From an uncultured Acidobacteriaceae bacterium (lineage in GTDB: Bacteria > Acidobacteriota > Terriglobia > Terriglobales > Acidobacteriaceae), in NCBI GenBank assembly GCA_963731345.1, contig CAVSUN010000005.1, forward strand, positions 446,311-510,310: DNA of 64,000 nucleotides. Direction: 5' to 3'. Position 1 is the first letter of the stretch. Each line of letters starts with the position of its first letter. Shown here in pieces: positions 1 through 10,515 of the stretch. Below the pieces are notes generated by a model. It had not been told where the DNA came from. It made no database searches and saw only the letters and a program-made list of their open reading frames with translations. Made by a program: the position numbers and the translations under genes.

Positions 1-92
1 AAAGTCGATGTTCGAGCGCTCGCCGCGGTGACGCGCCATCTGCGCCGCAGGAAGTGTCGCTGATCCGTCGCGCATACCTCGAGGCGACGCAC

Positions 93-1859
93 CTAAACCG
101 CAGTAGCTATGCCCAAGTGGTTCGTCTCGGAACACGGAAGCAAGACGCTGAATACCGCGCCGCGAGAACCGTTGCCGGAATGTGATCGCACCTGGATGCT
201 TCCGCCATGCCGCTCGACGATCTGCTTCGAGACGTACAGTCCAAGCCCAGTGCCCACCTCTTTCTTGGTGGTGAAGAACGGCTCGAAAACCCGCTCCAGA
301 TGTTCGGGAGCGATTCCCGGCCCGTTGTCTTCCACGCAGAACTCCACCAAATCCCCGGCCTCGCCCTCGTTGCAGGATACCCGCACCTTTAAAGTCCCGT
401 TCGCCTCCACAGCGTCGATCGCGTTGGAGACGAGGTTCGAGACCACTTGCCTCAGTTCACCTGCCCAGGCATGCAGCGGAGGACAAGGCAAGAACTCACG
501 GTAGACAACAATCTTCTTGCTCGTGATCTTATTCGCGTAAAGTTTGAGGACCGAGTCTACAAGCGCGGCCATGTCGACCGTGCCCGCTGAGGTCGATTCT
601 CGATAAAAGCCCAGAGTCTGTCGGGTGACGTGCGATACACGGGCCAGCTCATCTTCTGCCATTTTCAAATCCTGAATGGCATCAGCGGGAACCCCGGCCC
701 GCGCCTTCGCCAGGAAAATAAGATTGTTGACGGCCTCCAGGGGATTGTTGATCTCGTGCGCCACGGTCGCCGCCAGTCGCGCTGCAGCTGCAATTTTCTC
801 GGTCTTGCGAACCAGGTCTTGAGATCTACGTTCTGCGGTGGCGTCGCGGAAAACCAGCACCACGCCAGTCAGCTCTCCCTTATCGTTGCGAATCGGCGCC
901 GCGCTGTCCTCGATCGCGATGAGAGTCCCGTCCATGTGCTCCAGAACCGTGTGATTGGCCAAGCCGACGACATGACCTAGCGCCATCACCTTGCTGACGG
1001 GATTGTCGACCGGCTGCCGCGTTAGCTCGTTATAGATGGGAAACACCTGCGTAATTGGCAAACCGGCCGCCCGCGCGAAGTCGCGACCGGTGAGCCGCTC
1101 GGCTACCGGGTTGATGAAGATTACGTTTCCGGTGTCGTCGGTAGCGATAACGCCGTCGCCAATGCTGGTGAGCGTTACCCGGAACCATTCTTCGCGCTGC
1201 TTGATCTCCGCAGCGTGCTTTTCGCGAAGCCCGATCTCGCGCAGAACGAAGTAAGCCAGAAGAACCAGTCCGCAAGCGGCAAGAATGCTGGTCAGGTAGA
1301 TACAGGCGGCGGTTATGCGGATGCTTTGGGAGTACGCCGCGGCGCGAATCGCATAGAGGGATTCTTCCTGCTGCTGCATTTGGGCGATCAGGGCGCGGAT
1401 CGACTCCATCGTTCGCAGTCCGGCGTTGGTTAATACGAGTGTGCGGGCAGCCTCGGGGTCGCCGGAGCGATACAGCGAGATGGCGGCAGCAAGCTCCTTG
1501 AGCTTTTGCTGTGTGAGGCTGCGCAATTGCAGAATGCGAGCTTGCTGTCGCGGATTGTCAGCGGTGAGGTCCGCAACCTTCTGGACGGCGCCGTCCACCT
1601 GCTTGTCGGCGAGCTCGTAAGGAGCGAGGTATTGCGGATCGCCGGTGTATAGGAAGCCGCGTTGGCCGGTCTCGGCGTCGGTCAGAAGAAGCTCGACCGT
1701 CGTAAGCTGAAACAGCACCTGCTTGGTATGTGATACCCAACCCTGATTTTCGACCTGCGCGGCAAGCTGGCGACGGATGACAGCACTGTTGACAAGTAAG
1801 ACCGCAAGCAATACGCCGAAACCAGTGACTACGCTGAAGCGCTTGTAGATAGCCCGCAT
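93..1859 (-). CDS. sensor histidine kinase (CHASE3-like sensor, PAS, HisKA, HATPase_c)
   Basis: ORF 93..1928 trimmed to the ATG at 1859 (MRAIYKRF followed by a TM helix). CHASE3-like N-terminal region and a second TM. PAS-like TSIGDGVIATDD, H-box AHEINNPLEA, G-boxes EDNGPGI and GTGLGL. Confidence 0.85.
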   Translation of the reverse strand: MRAIYKRFSVVTGFGVLLAVLLVNSAVIRRQLAAQVENQGWVSHTKQVLFQLTTVELLLTDAETGQRGFLYTGDPQYLAPYELADKQVDGAVQKVADLTADNPRQQARILQLRSLTQQKLKELAAAISLYRSGDPEAARTLVLTNAGLRTMESIRALIAQMQQQEESLYAIRAAAYSQSIRITAACIYLTSILAACGLVLLAYFVLREIGLREKHAAEIKQREEWFRVTLTSIGDGVIATDDTGNVIFINPVAERLTGRDFARAAGLPITQVFPIYNELTRQPVDNPVSKVMALGHVVGLANHTVLEHMDGTLIAIEDSAAPIRNDKGELTGVVLVFRDATAERRSQDLVRKTEKIAAAARLAATVAHEINNPLEAVNNLIFLAKARAGVPADAIQDLKMAEDELARVSHVTRQTLGFYRESTSAGTVDMAALVDSVLKLYANKITSKKIVVYREFLPCPPLHAWAGELRQVVSNLVSNAIDAVEANGTLKVRVSCNEGEAGDLVEFCVEDNGPGIAPEHLERVFEPFFTTKKEVGTGLGLYVSKQIVERHGGSIQVRSHSGNGSRGAVFSVLLPCSETNHLGIATAV

Positions 1860-1997
1860 TGTTCCCGAGATCCCGACGATGACATCGAGTAAAAAGATTT
1901 TAGCCGAAAATCGGGAACTTGCGACCACAATCGCAGCGCGACTGGCGTTGAATGGCGCGTGCTTTTGCGGGCGAGCCGAAGAGGCTTGATTCGCCGA

Positions 1998-3788
1998 TTA
2001 TTTCTGCGGCAAACCTTCGCCATCGCCTTTGGCTCCCATCTCTCCCACTTGCGCCCCCGGCATGATGTTCTTCAGCGGGGCTCGCAACTGCTCTTCGCGT
2101 TCGGGATGCGGGAACGGTTTGCGCGGCAGCATCTGATCGCGCATGGCCGTGTTGTAGACGAAGATGGCCTCCACGACCGCGGCCTGCGCCAGGTCCTCGG
2201 GCGATAGCTCCTCATAGACATCCATGTTGGAGTGATGAGTGCGCGAATCGTAGTCGAGCGGGTCCTGGATGAACTGGAAGCCCGGGATTCCGATGCCATC
2301 GAAGGCTTCGTGATCGGTCCCGCCGGTGTTGCGCATGGTCAAGGTCGTGACGCCGAGGTCTTGCAGCGGTCGAATCCACTGCTGAAATATGGGCTCCATG
2401 GCGGCGTTCCCCTGCAGGTACACGCCACGGATTTTGCCACTGCCGTTGTCGAGGTTGAAGTAGCCGGAAATCTTCTGGTACTCGGGCTTGATCTCGACCG
2501 GTCCGGCTGTCTTGCGCAGCCATTCCGGCAACTTCATCTGGTCAGGTGCCGTCGATAAAGGTATGGACCCGAAATGCTGCTTGACATAGCCATAGGAGCC
2601 AAACTCGCCTTCTTCTTCGCCGGTCCATAGGGCCGCGCGGATCGTCCGACGCGGCTTCACTCCCAGCGTGTTCAGGATGCGCATCACTTCCATCGTGACC
2701 ACGGTGCCCGCGCCATTGTCGGTGGCGCCGGTTCCCGACGCCCACGAGTCAAGATGGCCGCCGACCATGACCACTTCGTCTTTCAGCTTGGGATCGGTAC
2801 CTGGAATTTCCGCGATGGTGTCATACCCGTGCTCGTGATCCCCCGTGAACTTGGTATCGACATTTATCTCGATTGACACCGGCACGTTTGCCTTCAGCAA
2901 GCGGTATACGCGGCCGTAGTTCTCGATTGCCATGACAACGATTGGAACGGGATCCATGTTCTCGCGCTTGTAGGCCTCCCAGGCGAAGCCGACGTTGCTA
3001 TCGTCGAAGATCGTTCCTCCGGAGCCGCCGCCGTCGCGACCATCGCGGCTGGGGACGATAACTGCCAACGGATGCTCATCGGCGAAGAACCGCGCAACCT
3101 TCTTGCGCAGCTCCAGCCGCTTCATCAAATCCTGCATCCAGTCCTGATTGCGCGGCTTGGTGGGATACTCAGTCTCTTTCTTTAGCTCGGCTTCGTCCAG
3201 CCGCTTCCACAGCGGCTTGTCAACCGGCGGCACGGGGCGCATCGCGCCGTACAGAACGATCTTGCCTGAGAGCTTGCCCTTGTATCGCTCAAGGTCCTTC
3301 TCGTCTTTGATGTCGACCCACACCGCAGGCGCGGTGATGGCACCGTTCGTTGCCGGAGACCAGGGCGCAGCTTGAGCGATGAATACCGCCGTGTCAGGCG
3401 AGGTCATGCGCACCCAGGTATTAAGCTGCTGCCAGCCCATGCCGAACTCGCCCCAGTCTTCCAGGTGCGCATTCGCGCAACCCATGGCAGTGAACTGCTC
3501 ACGCGTCCACTCGTTGGCGTGCTTCAGATTCTGCGACCCGGTCAGGCGAGGGCCAATGTCATCATCCAGCGCCGAGGCATATTCCATCACGTGCGAATGG
3601 ATGAGACCTTCCTCGCGAATGCGCTGGTACATATTGAGGTCGAGCGTCTCCCGCTGCGGCTGGGGCTGCTCATACGAGGGTTCACTTGAAGTCGCAGCAT
3701 TATTCTTGGACTTGTCGGCGCATACAGCGGGGAGTGAGAGAGTAACTGTGGTGATTAGTGCGAGAGCAGGCAGATAGCGATGGGGCAT
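1998..3788 (-). CDS. M28 family metallopeptidase with PA-domain-like insert
   Basis: Signal-like N-terminus from the ATG at 3788 (the longest ORF starts at TTG 3815). Zinc-ligand context GGHLDSWASGTGATDNGAGT and TGEEEGEFGS, typical of M28 aminopeptidases. Confidence 0.8.
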   Translation of the reverse strand: MPHRYLPALALITTVTLSLPAVCADKSKNNAATSSEPSYEQPQPQRETLDLNMYQRIREEGLIHSHVMEYASALDDDIGPRLTGSQNLKHANEWTREQFTAMGCANAHLEDWGEFGMGWQQLNTWVRMTSPDTAVFIAQAAPWSPATNGAITAPAVWVDIKDEKDLERYKGKLSGKIVLYGAMRPVPPVDKPLWKRLDEAELKKETEYPTKPRNQDWMQDLMKRLELRKKVARFFADEHPLAVIVPSRDGRDGGGSGGTIFDDSNVGFAWEAYKRENMDPVPIVVMAIENYGRVYRLLKANVPVSIEINVDTKFTGDHEHGYDTIAEIPGTDPKLKDEVVMVGGHLDSWASGTGATDNGAGTVVTMEVMRILNTLGVKPRRTIRAALWTGEEEGEFGSYGYVKQHFGSIPLSTAPDQMKLPEWLRKTAGPVEIKPEYQKISGYFNLDNGSGKIRGVYLQGNAAMEPIFQQWIRPLQDLGVTTLTMRNTGGTDHEAFDGIGIPGFQFIQDPLDYDSRTHHSNMDVYEELSPEDLAQAAVVEAIFVYNTAMRDQMLPRKPFPHPEREEQLRAPLKNIMPGAQVGEMGAKGDGEGLPQK

Positions 3789-3956
3789 CGAGTCGGGCAG
3801 CTCCAATCGGAACAAAGTGCAATCGTGAAGGGTATCAGAAATCGACGAAGCCAGCCTGGGAAGGCCCGCAATACGGGACGAGTTGCAGCTTCTTCGGGAC
3901 GATGCCGAACGACAGGTCGGGTGTGCAAGTGCTGCCCCTTCACCCGCTCCGATGAT

Positions 3957-4700
3957 TTACGCCGACGGATGCGAAAGCATCCAGATACCCAGCACCAGAA
4001 TGATGCCGGAGACAATAGCGCGAAAAATGGTTTGTGGGATGCGCTGCAGCATCCACTTGCCGGAGAGTGTGCCGGCTACCACTCCGACTGTGGCGATAAG
4101 CGCCAGTTGCCTTTGGGCGACTATTTGCTGGAACTGCAGGACTGCATACACCGGCATACGGCAGAGGTCGATGAGTAGCGCGATGGCGGTTGCGGTGGCA
4201 ACGAATGCGTCTCGTTGCAGATTGAATCCCATTAGCGCCGCGGAACGGATACCACCCTGATTTCCGACCAAGCCGCCGAATATTCCCGACAGTGCGCCGG
4301 CGACCCACGCCGTACGCTTACCGAAGCGCATGCGCGCCGCCAATCCACTGAGGCCCATGATGCCGGCGAAAACCAGCAGCGCTCCGAGCACGTAACCGAG
4401 CACCGCGCTGCGCAACCATACGTGAAGGATGGCGCCCACCAGGCCGCCGGCCGCGCTGGTCAGGCCGAAGCTCCAAAGCACATGCCGGTCAACATGTTGT
4501 CGGATGACGAAGAACCGCAACGCCGTGCCAATAAAGTGCGGAATGGATACCAGGGCGACCGCCAGTTTCGTCCCAATCCCCATGGCCAATAGCGGCGTCA
4601 AAATGCTGCCGATGCCAAAGCCCGAGATGGCGGCGATGGCCCCGGCAACAACTCCGGCGACGATGATGGCTAGCGCGTGGTCCATGGAAGATTGTGACAT
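3957..4700 (-). CDS. TauE/SafE (DUF81) family anion exporter
   Basis: 247 aa, fully hydrophobic with about 7-8 TM segments and Gly-rich helices in a two-repeat layout typical of TauE/SafE. Confidence 0.7.
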   Translation of the reverse strand: MSQSSMDHALAIIVAGVVAGAIAAISGFGIGSILTPLLAMGIGTKLAVALVSIPHFIGTALRFFVIRQHVDRHVLWSFGLTSAAGGLVGAILHVWLRSAVLGYVLGALLVFAGIMGLSGLAARMRFGKRTAWVAGALSGIFGGLVGNQGGIRSAALMGFNLQRDAFVATATAIALLIDLCRMPVYAVLQFQQIVAQRQLALIATVGVVAGTLSGKWMLQRIPQTIFRAIVSGIILVLGIWMLSHPSA

Positions 4701-4846
4701 TCAGGCGGCCCACGATGTCGTTCGGTCGCTTGTTCCTGGGCCTTCTGTAAGCCTATATTGCTTTCCGATATCGCAAATCGAGTACAATCATACTGACGTT
4801 GTCTTCAACCGAGCAACAATACGTGCCTAACCAAAAACAATTCCAA

Positions 4847-5248
4847 ATGAGAAATCGCAACGGAGGGGCTGGAGGAGGTGGATATCAGACCCTATATTCC
4901 GGGTTGATCCGTTTGCACCTTCTTTATCACGCGTGCCAGGGCGCCATATTCGGGCTGGAAATGATTGAGGAGTTATCGCGGCACGGATATCACATCGGTG
5001 CGGGAACGTTATATCCGATACTGCACGAAATGGAAGCCAGGAGATGGTTGCGTTCGGAAAAGAAGCTGGTCGGCGGACGAATCCGGCGCGTGTATCGTGC
5101 CACGGCTACAGGCAGGCGAGCTCTGGTAGCAGCCAAGGCGAAACTCCTGGAGCTGTTCGGCGAATTATTTGAGGCTGAATGCTCTATTCGGCTTCTCAGT
5201 GGAAGCGGCCACCCGCAAACAAAACGAGTGTCGCAGGAGGAGCGGTGA
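4847..5248 (+). CDS. PadR family transcriptional regulator
   Basis: Winged-helix signature IFGLEMIEELSRHGYHIGAGTLYPILHEMEARRWL. ATG at 4847 preferred over TTG at 4799. The stop TGA (5246-5248) overlaps the GTG start of the next gene. Confidence 0.8.
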   Translation: MRNRNGGAGGGGYQTLYSGLIRLHLLYHACQGAIFGLEMIEELSRHGYHIGAGTLYPILHEMEARRWLRSEKKLVGGRIRRVYRATATGRRALVAAKAKLLELFGELFEAECSIRLLSGSGHPQTKRVSQEER

Positions 5249-6765
5249 GCAAGCACATCGAATCCCGACGCGAGTTCCTGAAAACCACCGGCCTGCTCGC
5301 TGGTGGAGCGTTTTTGCCGGAGGCTGCAGCTTGCAACGAGCCGATTGCTGCGTTCGCGCAAGAAGGCTCGTCAGAAGCTCCGATCGGCGAGTCTACGACG
5401 GCCGATTACACTATCAGGATTGCGGCCACCCCGGTGGAGATCGCACCGAAGAAGATTATCTCGATCACAACATACAACGGCCAATTTCCCGGTCCCTTGC
5501 TACGCTTCAAAGAGGGACAACGGGTGACGGTTGATCTGCAGAACGAGACCGATACCCCGGAGCAGCTGCACTGGCATGGTCAACTGCTTCCGGTGGGCGT
5601 CGACGGAGCGGCCGAAGAGGGTACTCCGTATATTCCGGCGCACGGGCGGAGGCTCATCTCGTTCGTGGCCCGACCGTCAGGATACCGCTTTTACCATACG
5701 CACAATCGCGCAGGTGCGGATCTCTCGGCCGGCCAATACAGTGGGCAGGTCGGCCACGTCTACATCGAACCGAGACAAGAGCCAGGGGATTACGACCGCG
5801 AAATCTTCCTGGTGCTGAAGGAATTCGAGCCAACGTTCAGCCGTGGCGGGGACATGGCGCAGGACGTTTTGACTCCTGCGACAAAGGTGAAGGCGCTGGA
5901 GGACAAGGGCGAGACGGCCATGAAGGCATCGCTGGCCAAAGGAATGCCGAAGGGGTACGAGGTCGGCTACGCCTCATTCACGATCAACGGCCGGATGCTC
6001 GGTCACGGAGAGCCGGTGAAGGTGAAGCAGGGCGAGCGCGTGTTATTTCATGTGCTCAATGGGAGCGCTACCGAGATCCGCAGCCTGGCGCTGCCGGGAC
6101 ACATGTTCCAGGTAGTGGCCCTGGATGGAAATCGGGTGCCGAATCCCGCTACGGTACCGTTTTTATGGCTGGGGACGGCTGAGCGCGTCTCGGCGATCGT
6201 GGAGATGAACCATCCCGGCGTGTGGGTCATGGGCGACACTGACGACGATGACCGCCGGCATGGTATGGGCATCGTATTGGAGTATGCGAACCAGGTCGGC
6301 AAGGCGCAGTGGAGCGCCCCGCTGAGGTTTCGTTGGGACTACACCAGGTTTGCCAAACCGGGTGCGACAGCGCCGGCGCCCGACGAGACGTTTGAAATGA
6401 CCTTCGCCAAGGACAACGCCGCCATGGATGGCTTCAACCGCTGGACCATCAATGGTGTGGCATATCCGATGACGAGCGCGATGGAGCCTGCTTCATTTCG
6501 CCTGCACCAGGGTAGGCGTTACCGGGTCCACATGCGCAACCAGAGCGACGATGTTCACCCGGTCCACTTGCACCGGCACGTCTTCGAGCTCACCAACATT
6601 ATGGGCAAGCAGACGGCAGGCGTGATGAAGGATGTGGTCATGCTGGGCGGGTATCAGGAAGCCGCATTCGATTTCGAAGCTAACGATCCGGGGTTGACCT
6701 TGTTTCATTGTCATCAGCAATTACATATGGACTTCGGCTTCATGACCCTTTTTCAGTACGTGTGA
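5245..6765 (+). CDS. multicopper oxidase with Tat signal
   Basis: GTG at 5245 preceded by AGGAGG (5235-5240). Twin-arginine signal SRREFLKTTGLLAGGA. Copper motifs HWHG, YHTH, HPVHLHRH and HCHQQLHMDFGFM. Confidence 0.85.
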   Translation: MSKHIESRREFLKTTGLLAGGAFLPEAAACNEPIAAFAQEGSSEAPIGESTTADYTIRIAATPVEIAPKKIISITTYNGQFPGPLLRFKEGQRVTVDLQNETDTPEQLHWHGQLLPVGVDGAAEEGTPYIPAHGRRLISFVARPSGYRFYHTHNRAGADLSAGQYSGQVGHVYIEPRQEPGDYDREIFLVLKEFEPTFSRGGDMAQDVLTPATKVKALEDKGETAMKASLAKGMPKGYEVGYASFTINGRMLGHGEPVKVKQGERVLFHVLNGSATEIRSLALPGHMFQVVALDGNRVPNPATVPFLWLGTAERVSAIVEMNHPGVWVMGDTDDDDRRHGMGIVLEYANQVGKAQWSAPLRFRWDYTRFAKPGATAPAPDETFEMTFAKDNAAMDGFNRWTINGVAYPMTSAMEPASFRLHQGRRYRVHMRNQSDDVHPVHLHRHVFELTNIMGKQTAGVMKDVVMLGGYQEAAFDFEANDPGLTLFHCHQQLHMDFGFMTLFQYV

Positions 6766-6939
6766 ATAGCGGCGGCATCTCCTCAGTTTGGCCCATTACG
6801 AGGTCCTGCGTGCGCTGCGTATTTGATGTCAAGCCCTGGCAGGCTAGCCCGCGTGCGGTTGTGACCCTATTTCAGCTCCGTTTTGCACATCTTCCTCAGA
6901 CTGCAACCCATGTCTGGAGCGCATAAAATAGAAATAGCG

Positions 6940-9900
6940 ATGCCCCAACCTGAGTTCGTCCATCTCCATCTTCACACCGACTATTCCATGCTGGACGGCG
7001 CGTGCGAGGTCGAGCGCCTGGTCCAACGCGTCAAGGACTTGAATATGCCGGCGGTCGCCATGACCGACCACGGCAACATCTTTGGCGCGGTCAGGTTCGT
7101 TAATGCAGCCAAAGAAGCGGGCGTGAAGCCGATCCTGGGTTGCGAGCTGTATGTCTGCAAGAAAGAAGATCACCGCGCCGCGCCTGAGGGCGATAGCTAC
7201 AACCATCTGATCGTGCTGGCCGAGAACGATCAAGGCTACCGCAATCTGGTGAAGATCGTCTCGGAAGCCTCGCTGCACGGCTTCTACTACAAACCGCGCA
7301 TCAGCAAGAAATTTCTCGCCGAGCACGCACAAGGTCTGATTGGCCTTTCAGCGTGTCTGAAGGGTGAGGTTGCGGAGAATCTCTCGGAAGGCAAGTACGA
7401 CGCCGCGCGTGCAGCGGCCTCAAGCTTCGCAGACATCTTCGGCAAAGGAAATTTCTATCTCGAAATTCAGGACCAGGGAGTACCGGAAGAAAAGCGAGTC
7501 AATCCACATCTGCTGAAGTTGGAGCAGGAGCTCGACCTGCCGCTAGTGGCTACGAATGACAGCCACTACCTCTGCGAAGAGGACTCGCACGCGCAAGATG
7601 TGATGGTCTGCATCCAGACCGGCAAGTCGATCAACGATACCAACCGGCTGAAGTTCCACGGCAATCAGTTCTTCGTGAAGAGCGCGGCTGAGATGGCGAT
7701 GGTCTTTTCCGGCTACGAACGCGTCCTGGCGCGCAGCATGGAGATTGCCGAGCGCTGCAATATCCGCTTGGAGAAGGTGCACGATCCATTCCCGAAGTTC
7801 GAAGTTCCCGCGGGTTACGCGCTGCCCGACTACTTCGAGCACGTCACCCGCGAGGGTTTCACCAAGCGGCTGGTCATGCTGCGTGATCTCCAGGCCATAG
7901 GACGGTTGAAGCATTCGCTCGAAGACTACGAGAAGCGTCTCTCAAGCGAGATCGAGATCATCCGGCAGATGAAGTTTCCCGGATACTTCCTCATCGTCTG
8001 GGACTTCATCCGCTTCGCCAGGGAACACGACATTCCGGTTGGGCCGGGTCGTGGGTCGGCGGCCGGCTCGCTGGTTGCCTATGCGCTCGCCATCACCGAC
8101 ATTGATCCGCTACAGAACGAGCTGCTCTTCGAGCGCTTCCTCAATCCCGAGCGTATCAGCCTGCCCGATATCGATATCGACTTCTGCATGAATCGTCGCG
8201 GTGAGGTCATCAACTACGTCACGCAGAAGTATGGCCGCGATCAGGTAGCGCAGATCATCACTTTTGGCACCATGGCGGCCAAGGCAGCCATGAAGGATTC
8301 CGGCCGCGCCATGGACATCCCGTACGCCGAAGTCGAGCGCGTAGTGAAGATGATTCCGCCAACGCTGAACATCACCATCGATCAAGCCATAAAGGATTCG
8401 CCTCCGCTCGCCGCAGCCTACGACAACGAGCCGCAGACAAAAGAACTGATCGACACCGCGAAAAAGCTGGAGGGCCTGGTCCGCAATGCCGGTGTCCACG
8501 CGGCTGGTGTCGTGATCTCGCCGTTGCCGCTGACCGATCTTGTTCCGCTGCACCGCACCAAGAACGAGGAAATCGTTACCGCCTATGACATGAAGGCGGT
8601 CGAGAAGCTGGGCCTGTTGAAGATGGACTTCCTCGGGCTCACAACGCTCACGATTATTGACGATGCCTTGCGACTGATCGAGCAGACGCGCAGCGAACGG
8701 ATCGATCTGGAAAAACTCGCCCTGGACGACCAGGTCACGTACGAGAAGGTCTTCCACACCGGCCTGACGTCTGGTGTGTTCCAGTTTGAATCGCACGGCA
8801 TGCGAGACGTGCTACGGCGCTACAAGCCGACCGTCGTCGAAGACCTCACAGCATTAAATGCGCTCTATCGGCCGGGTCCGATTCAGGGCGGCATGATCGA
8901 GGACTTCATCGAGCGCAAGTGGGGACGCCGGAAAATCGAATTCGAGCTGCCTGAGCTGGAGCCGATCCTGAAGGAGACGCTTGGCGTCATCGTCTATCAG
9001 GAGCAGGTGATGCAGATCGCCAACCGGCTGGCAGGCTATTCGCTGGGCGAAGCCGATCTGCTGCGCCGCGCCATGGGAAAGAAAGATCCTGAAGCCATGG
9101 CCAAGCAGCGCGAACGATTCTCGCGCGGGGCTGCCGAACGCGGGTTCCCGCAGAAGAAGGTCGAGAAGCTGTTCGACCTGATGGAGCAGTTCGCCGGATA
9201 TGGTTTCAACAAATCGCACGCCGCGGCCTATGCGCTGCTCGCGTATCAGACCGCGTATCTGAAGACGCACTACCCGGTCGAGTTCATGGCGGCGCTGCTG
9301 ACCTCCGTCTCCGGAAGCACCGACGATGTTGTGAAGTACATCAATGAATGCCGCGAGATGGGCATTGCCGTCGAACCGCCGGACGTGAACGTCAGCGATG
9401 CCTATTTCACGCCGCACGGCGAGGCGATTCGCTTCGGTCTCGCTGCGGTGAAGAACGTCGGGCACAACGCGATTGAATCTATCGTTGAGGCACGCAAGCA
9501 GAGCGGCGCGTTCAACTCGTTCTATCAATTCTGCGAGAAGGTTGATCTCCACCTGCTGAACAAGCGTGTCGTCGAATCGCTGATCAAGAGTGGCGCCATG
9601 GACGCTCTTGGGCGCCGTGCGCAGCTGATAGCGGTCGTCGATAGTGCCATGGAACACGCGCAGAAGTCGCAGAGGGACGCTGCGCTTGGCCAGCACGGCC
9701 TGTTTGGCGTCTTCCAGCAGGACGAAGACAACCAAGTTGCCGAAAAGCCGCTGCCCAACACCCCTGATTGGGATGAGCACCAACGGCTCGCGTTCGAAAA
9801 AGAGATTCTCGGCTTCTTCATTACCGGACATCCACTGGAGAAGTATCAGGAAAAGCTGCTCGATTTTCACGCGTTGACTACGGCCGACATTTGCGACATG

Positions 9901-10419
9901 AAGTCTTCCACCGGCAAAGGCGAGGTGATTGTCGGCGGAATTCTCAAGGGCATTCGCGTCGCCAAGTCTAAGAAAGGCGATCTCTACGCCCAGGGTCAAG
10001 TTGAAGACATGAATGGCTCGGTTGACATTCTGATCTTTGCCGAGGCCTATCGCCGGTTGACCGAAAAGGTGAAACTCACAGTTCCCGTGCTGGTGAAGGG
10101 CGGAGTACGCGTGGAGGAAGGGTCTAACCCCAAACTTCTCGTTGACGACATCGCGCCGCTGGAAGATGCTCAGCCCAAGCTGCCGACGCACTTACGCATC
10201 AAAATTCCCCTCGATACCACGTCGCCCGAAACCATCGACGTCTTGCAGACGGTTTGCCGCGAGCGCAAAGGTGAAGCCCGCGTGCTCTTCGATCTTGAGC
10301 GCAAGGACGACTTCACAGTGGTCATGGAAGCCGAAGGCTATAATGTGTTGCCGGACCGCGCGTTCATCAACCGCGTGGAAGAGCTTTGTGGCCGGGGCAG
10401 CGTGCGGGTCCTCGATTAA
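6940..10419 (+). CDS. dnaE: DNA polymerase III alpha subunit
   Basis: ATG at 6940 gives MPQPEFVHLHLHTDYSMLDG (PHP domain). About 1160 aa collinear with DnaE: polymerase core, HhH region, C-terminal OB fold. Confidence 0.95.
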   Translation: MPQPEFVHLHLHTDYSMLDGACEVERLVQRVKDLNMPAVAMTDHGNIFGAVRFVNAAKEAGVKPILGCELYVCKKEDHRAAPEGDSYNHLIVLAENDQGYRNLVKIVSEASLHGFYYKPRISKKFLAEHAQGLIGLSACLKGEVAENLSEGKYDAARAAASSFADIFGKGNFYLEIQDQGVPEEKRVNPHLLKLEQELDLPLVATNDSHYLCEEDSHAQDVMVCIQTGKSINDTNRLKFHGNQFFVKSAAEMAMVFSGYERVLARSMEIAERCNIRLEKVHDPFPKFEVPAGYALPDYFEHVTREGFTKRLVMLRDLQAIGRLKHSLEDYEKRLSSEIEIIRQMKFPGYFLIVWDFIRFAREHDIPVGPGRGSAAGSLVAYALAITDIDPLQNELLFERFLNPERISLPDIDIDFCMNRRGEVINYVTQKYGRDQVAQIITFGTMAAKAAMKDSGRAMDIPYAEVERVVKMIPPTLNITIDQAIKDSPPLAAAYDNEPQTKELIDTAKKLEGLVRNAGVHAAGVVISPLPLTDLVPLHRTKNEEIVTAYDMKAVEKLGLLKMDFLGLTTLTIIDDALRLIEQTRSERIDLEKLALDDQVTYEKVFHTGLTSGVFQFESHGMRDVLRRYKPTVVEDLTALNALYRPGPIQGGMIEDFIERKWGRRKIEFELPELEPILKETLGVIVYQEQVMQIANRLAGYSLGEADLLRRAMGKKDPEAMAKQRERFSRGAAERGFPQKKVEKLFDLMEQFAGYGFNKSHAAAYALLAYQTAYLKTHYPVEFMAALLTSVSGSTDDVVKYINECREMGIAVEPPDVNVSDAYFTPHGEAIRFGLAAVKNVGHNAIESIVEARKQSGAFNSFYQFCEKVDLHLLNKRVVESLIKSGAMDALGRRAQLIAVVDSAMEHAQKSQRDAALGQHGLFGVFQQDEDNQVAEKPLPNTPDWDEHQRLAFEKEILGFFITGHPLEKYQEKLLDFHALTTADICDMKSSTGKGEVIVGGILKGIRVAKSKKGDLYAQGQVEDMNGSVDILIFAEAYRRLTEKVKLTVPVLVKGGVRVEEGSNPKLLVDDIAPLEDAQPKLPTHLRIKIPLDTTSPETIDVLQTVCRERKGEARVLFDLERKDDFTVVMEAEGYNVLPDRAFINRVEELCGRGSVRVLD

Positions 10420-10449
10420 GGGTCGAAGCTGGCGATTGAGAGGCTTTTC

Positions 10450-10515
10450 TCACCACGGAGATCACGGAGTTTCTTTAATTTAGTTAACTCCGTGCCCTCG
10501 GTGCCTCCGTGGTGA
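10450..10515. repeat. nested palindromic (REP-like) element downstream of dnaE
   Basis: Outer arms tcaccacggag (10450-10460) and ctccgtggtga (10505-10515). Inner arms cacggagtt (10463-10471) and aactccgtg (10486-10494). No T-tract follows. Confidence 0.5.

Noticed and set aside
1-92. Possible 5' end of a minus-strand gene downstream of the histidine kinase (ATG at 74)
   Set aside because: Only about 25 codons are visible and no motif can be recognised. The evidence is insufficient.
8854-10191. 445-aa ORF antisense to dnaE
   Set aside because: It is a shadow ORF on the opposite strand of an unambiguous dnaE coding region, and high GC suppresses stop codons. The same reasoning applies to the many other short antisense or out-of-frame ORFs inside dnaE.
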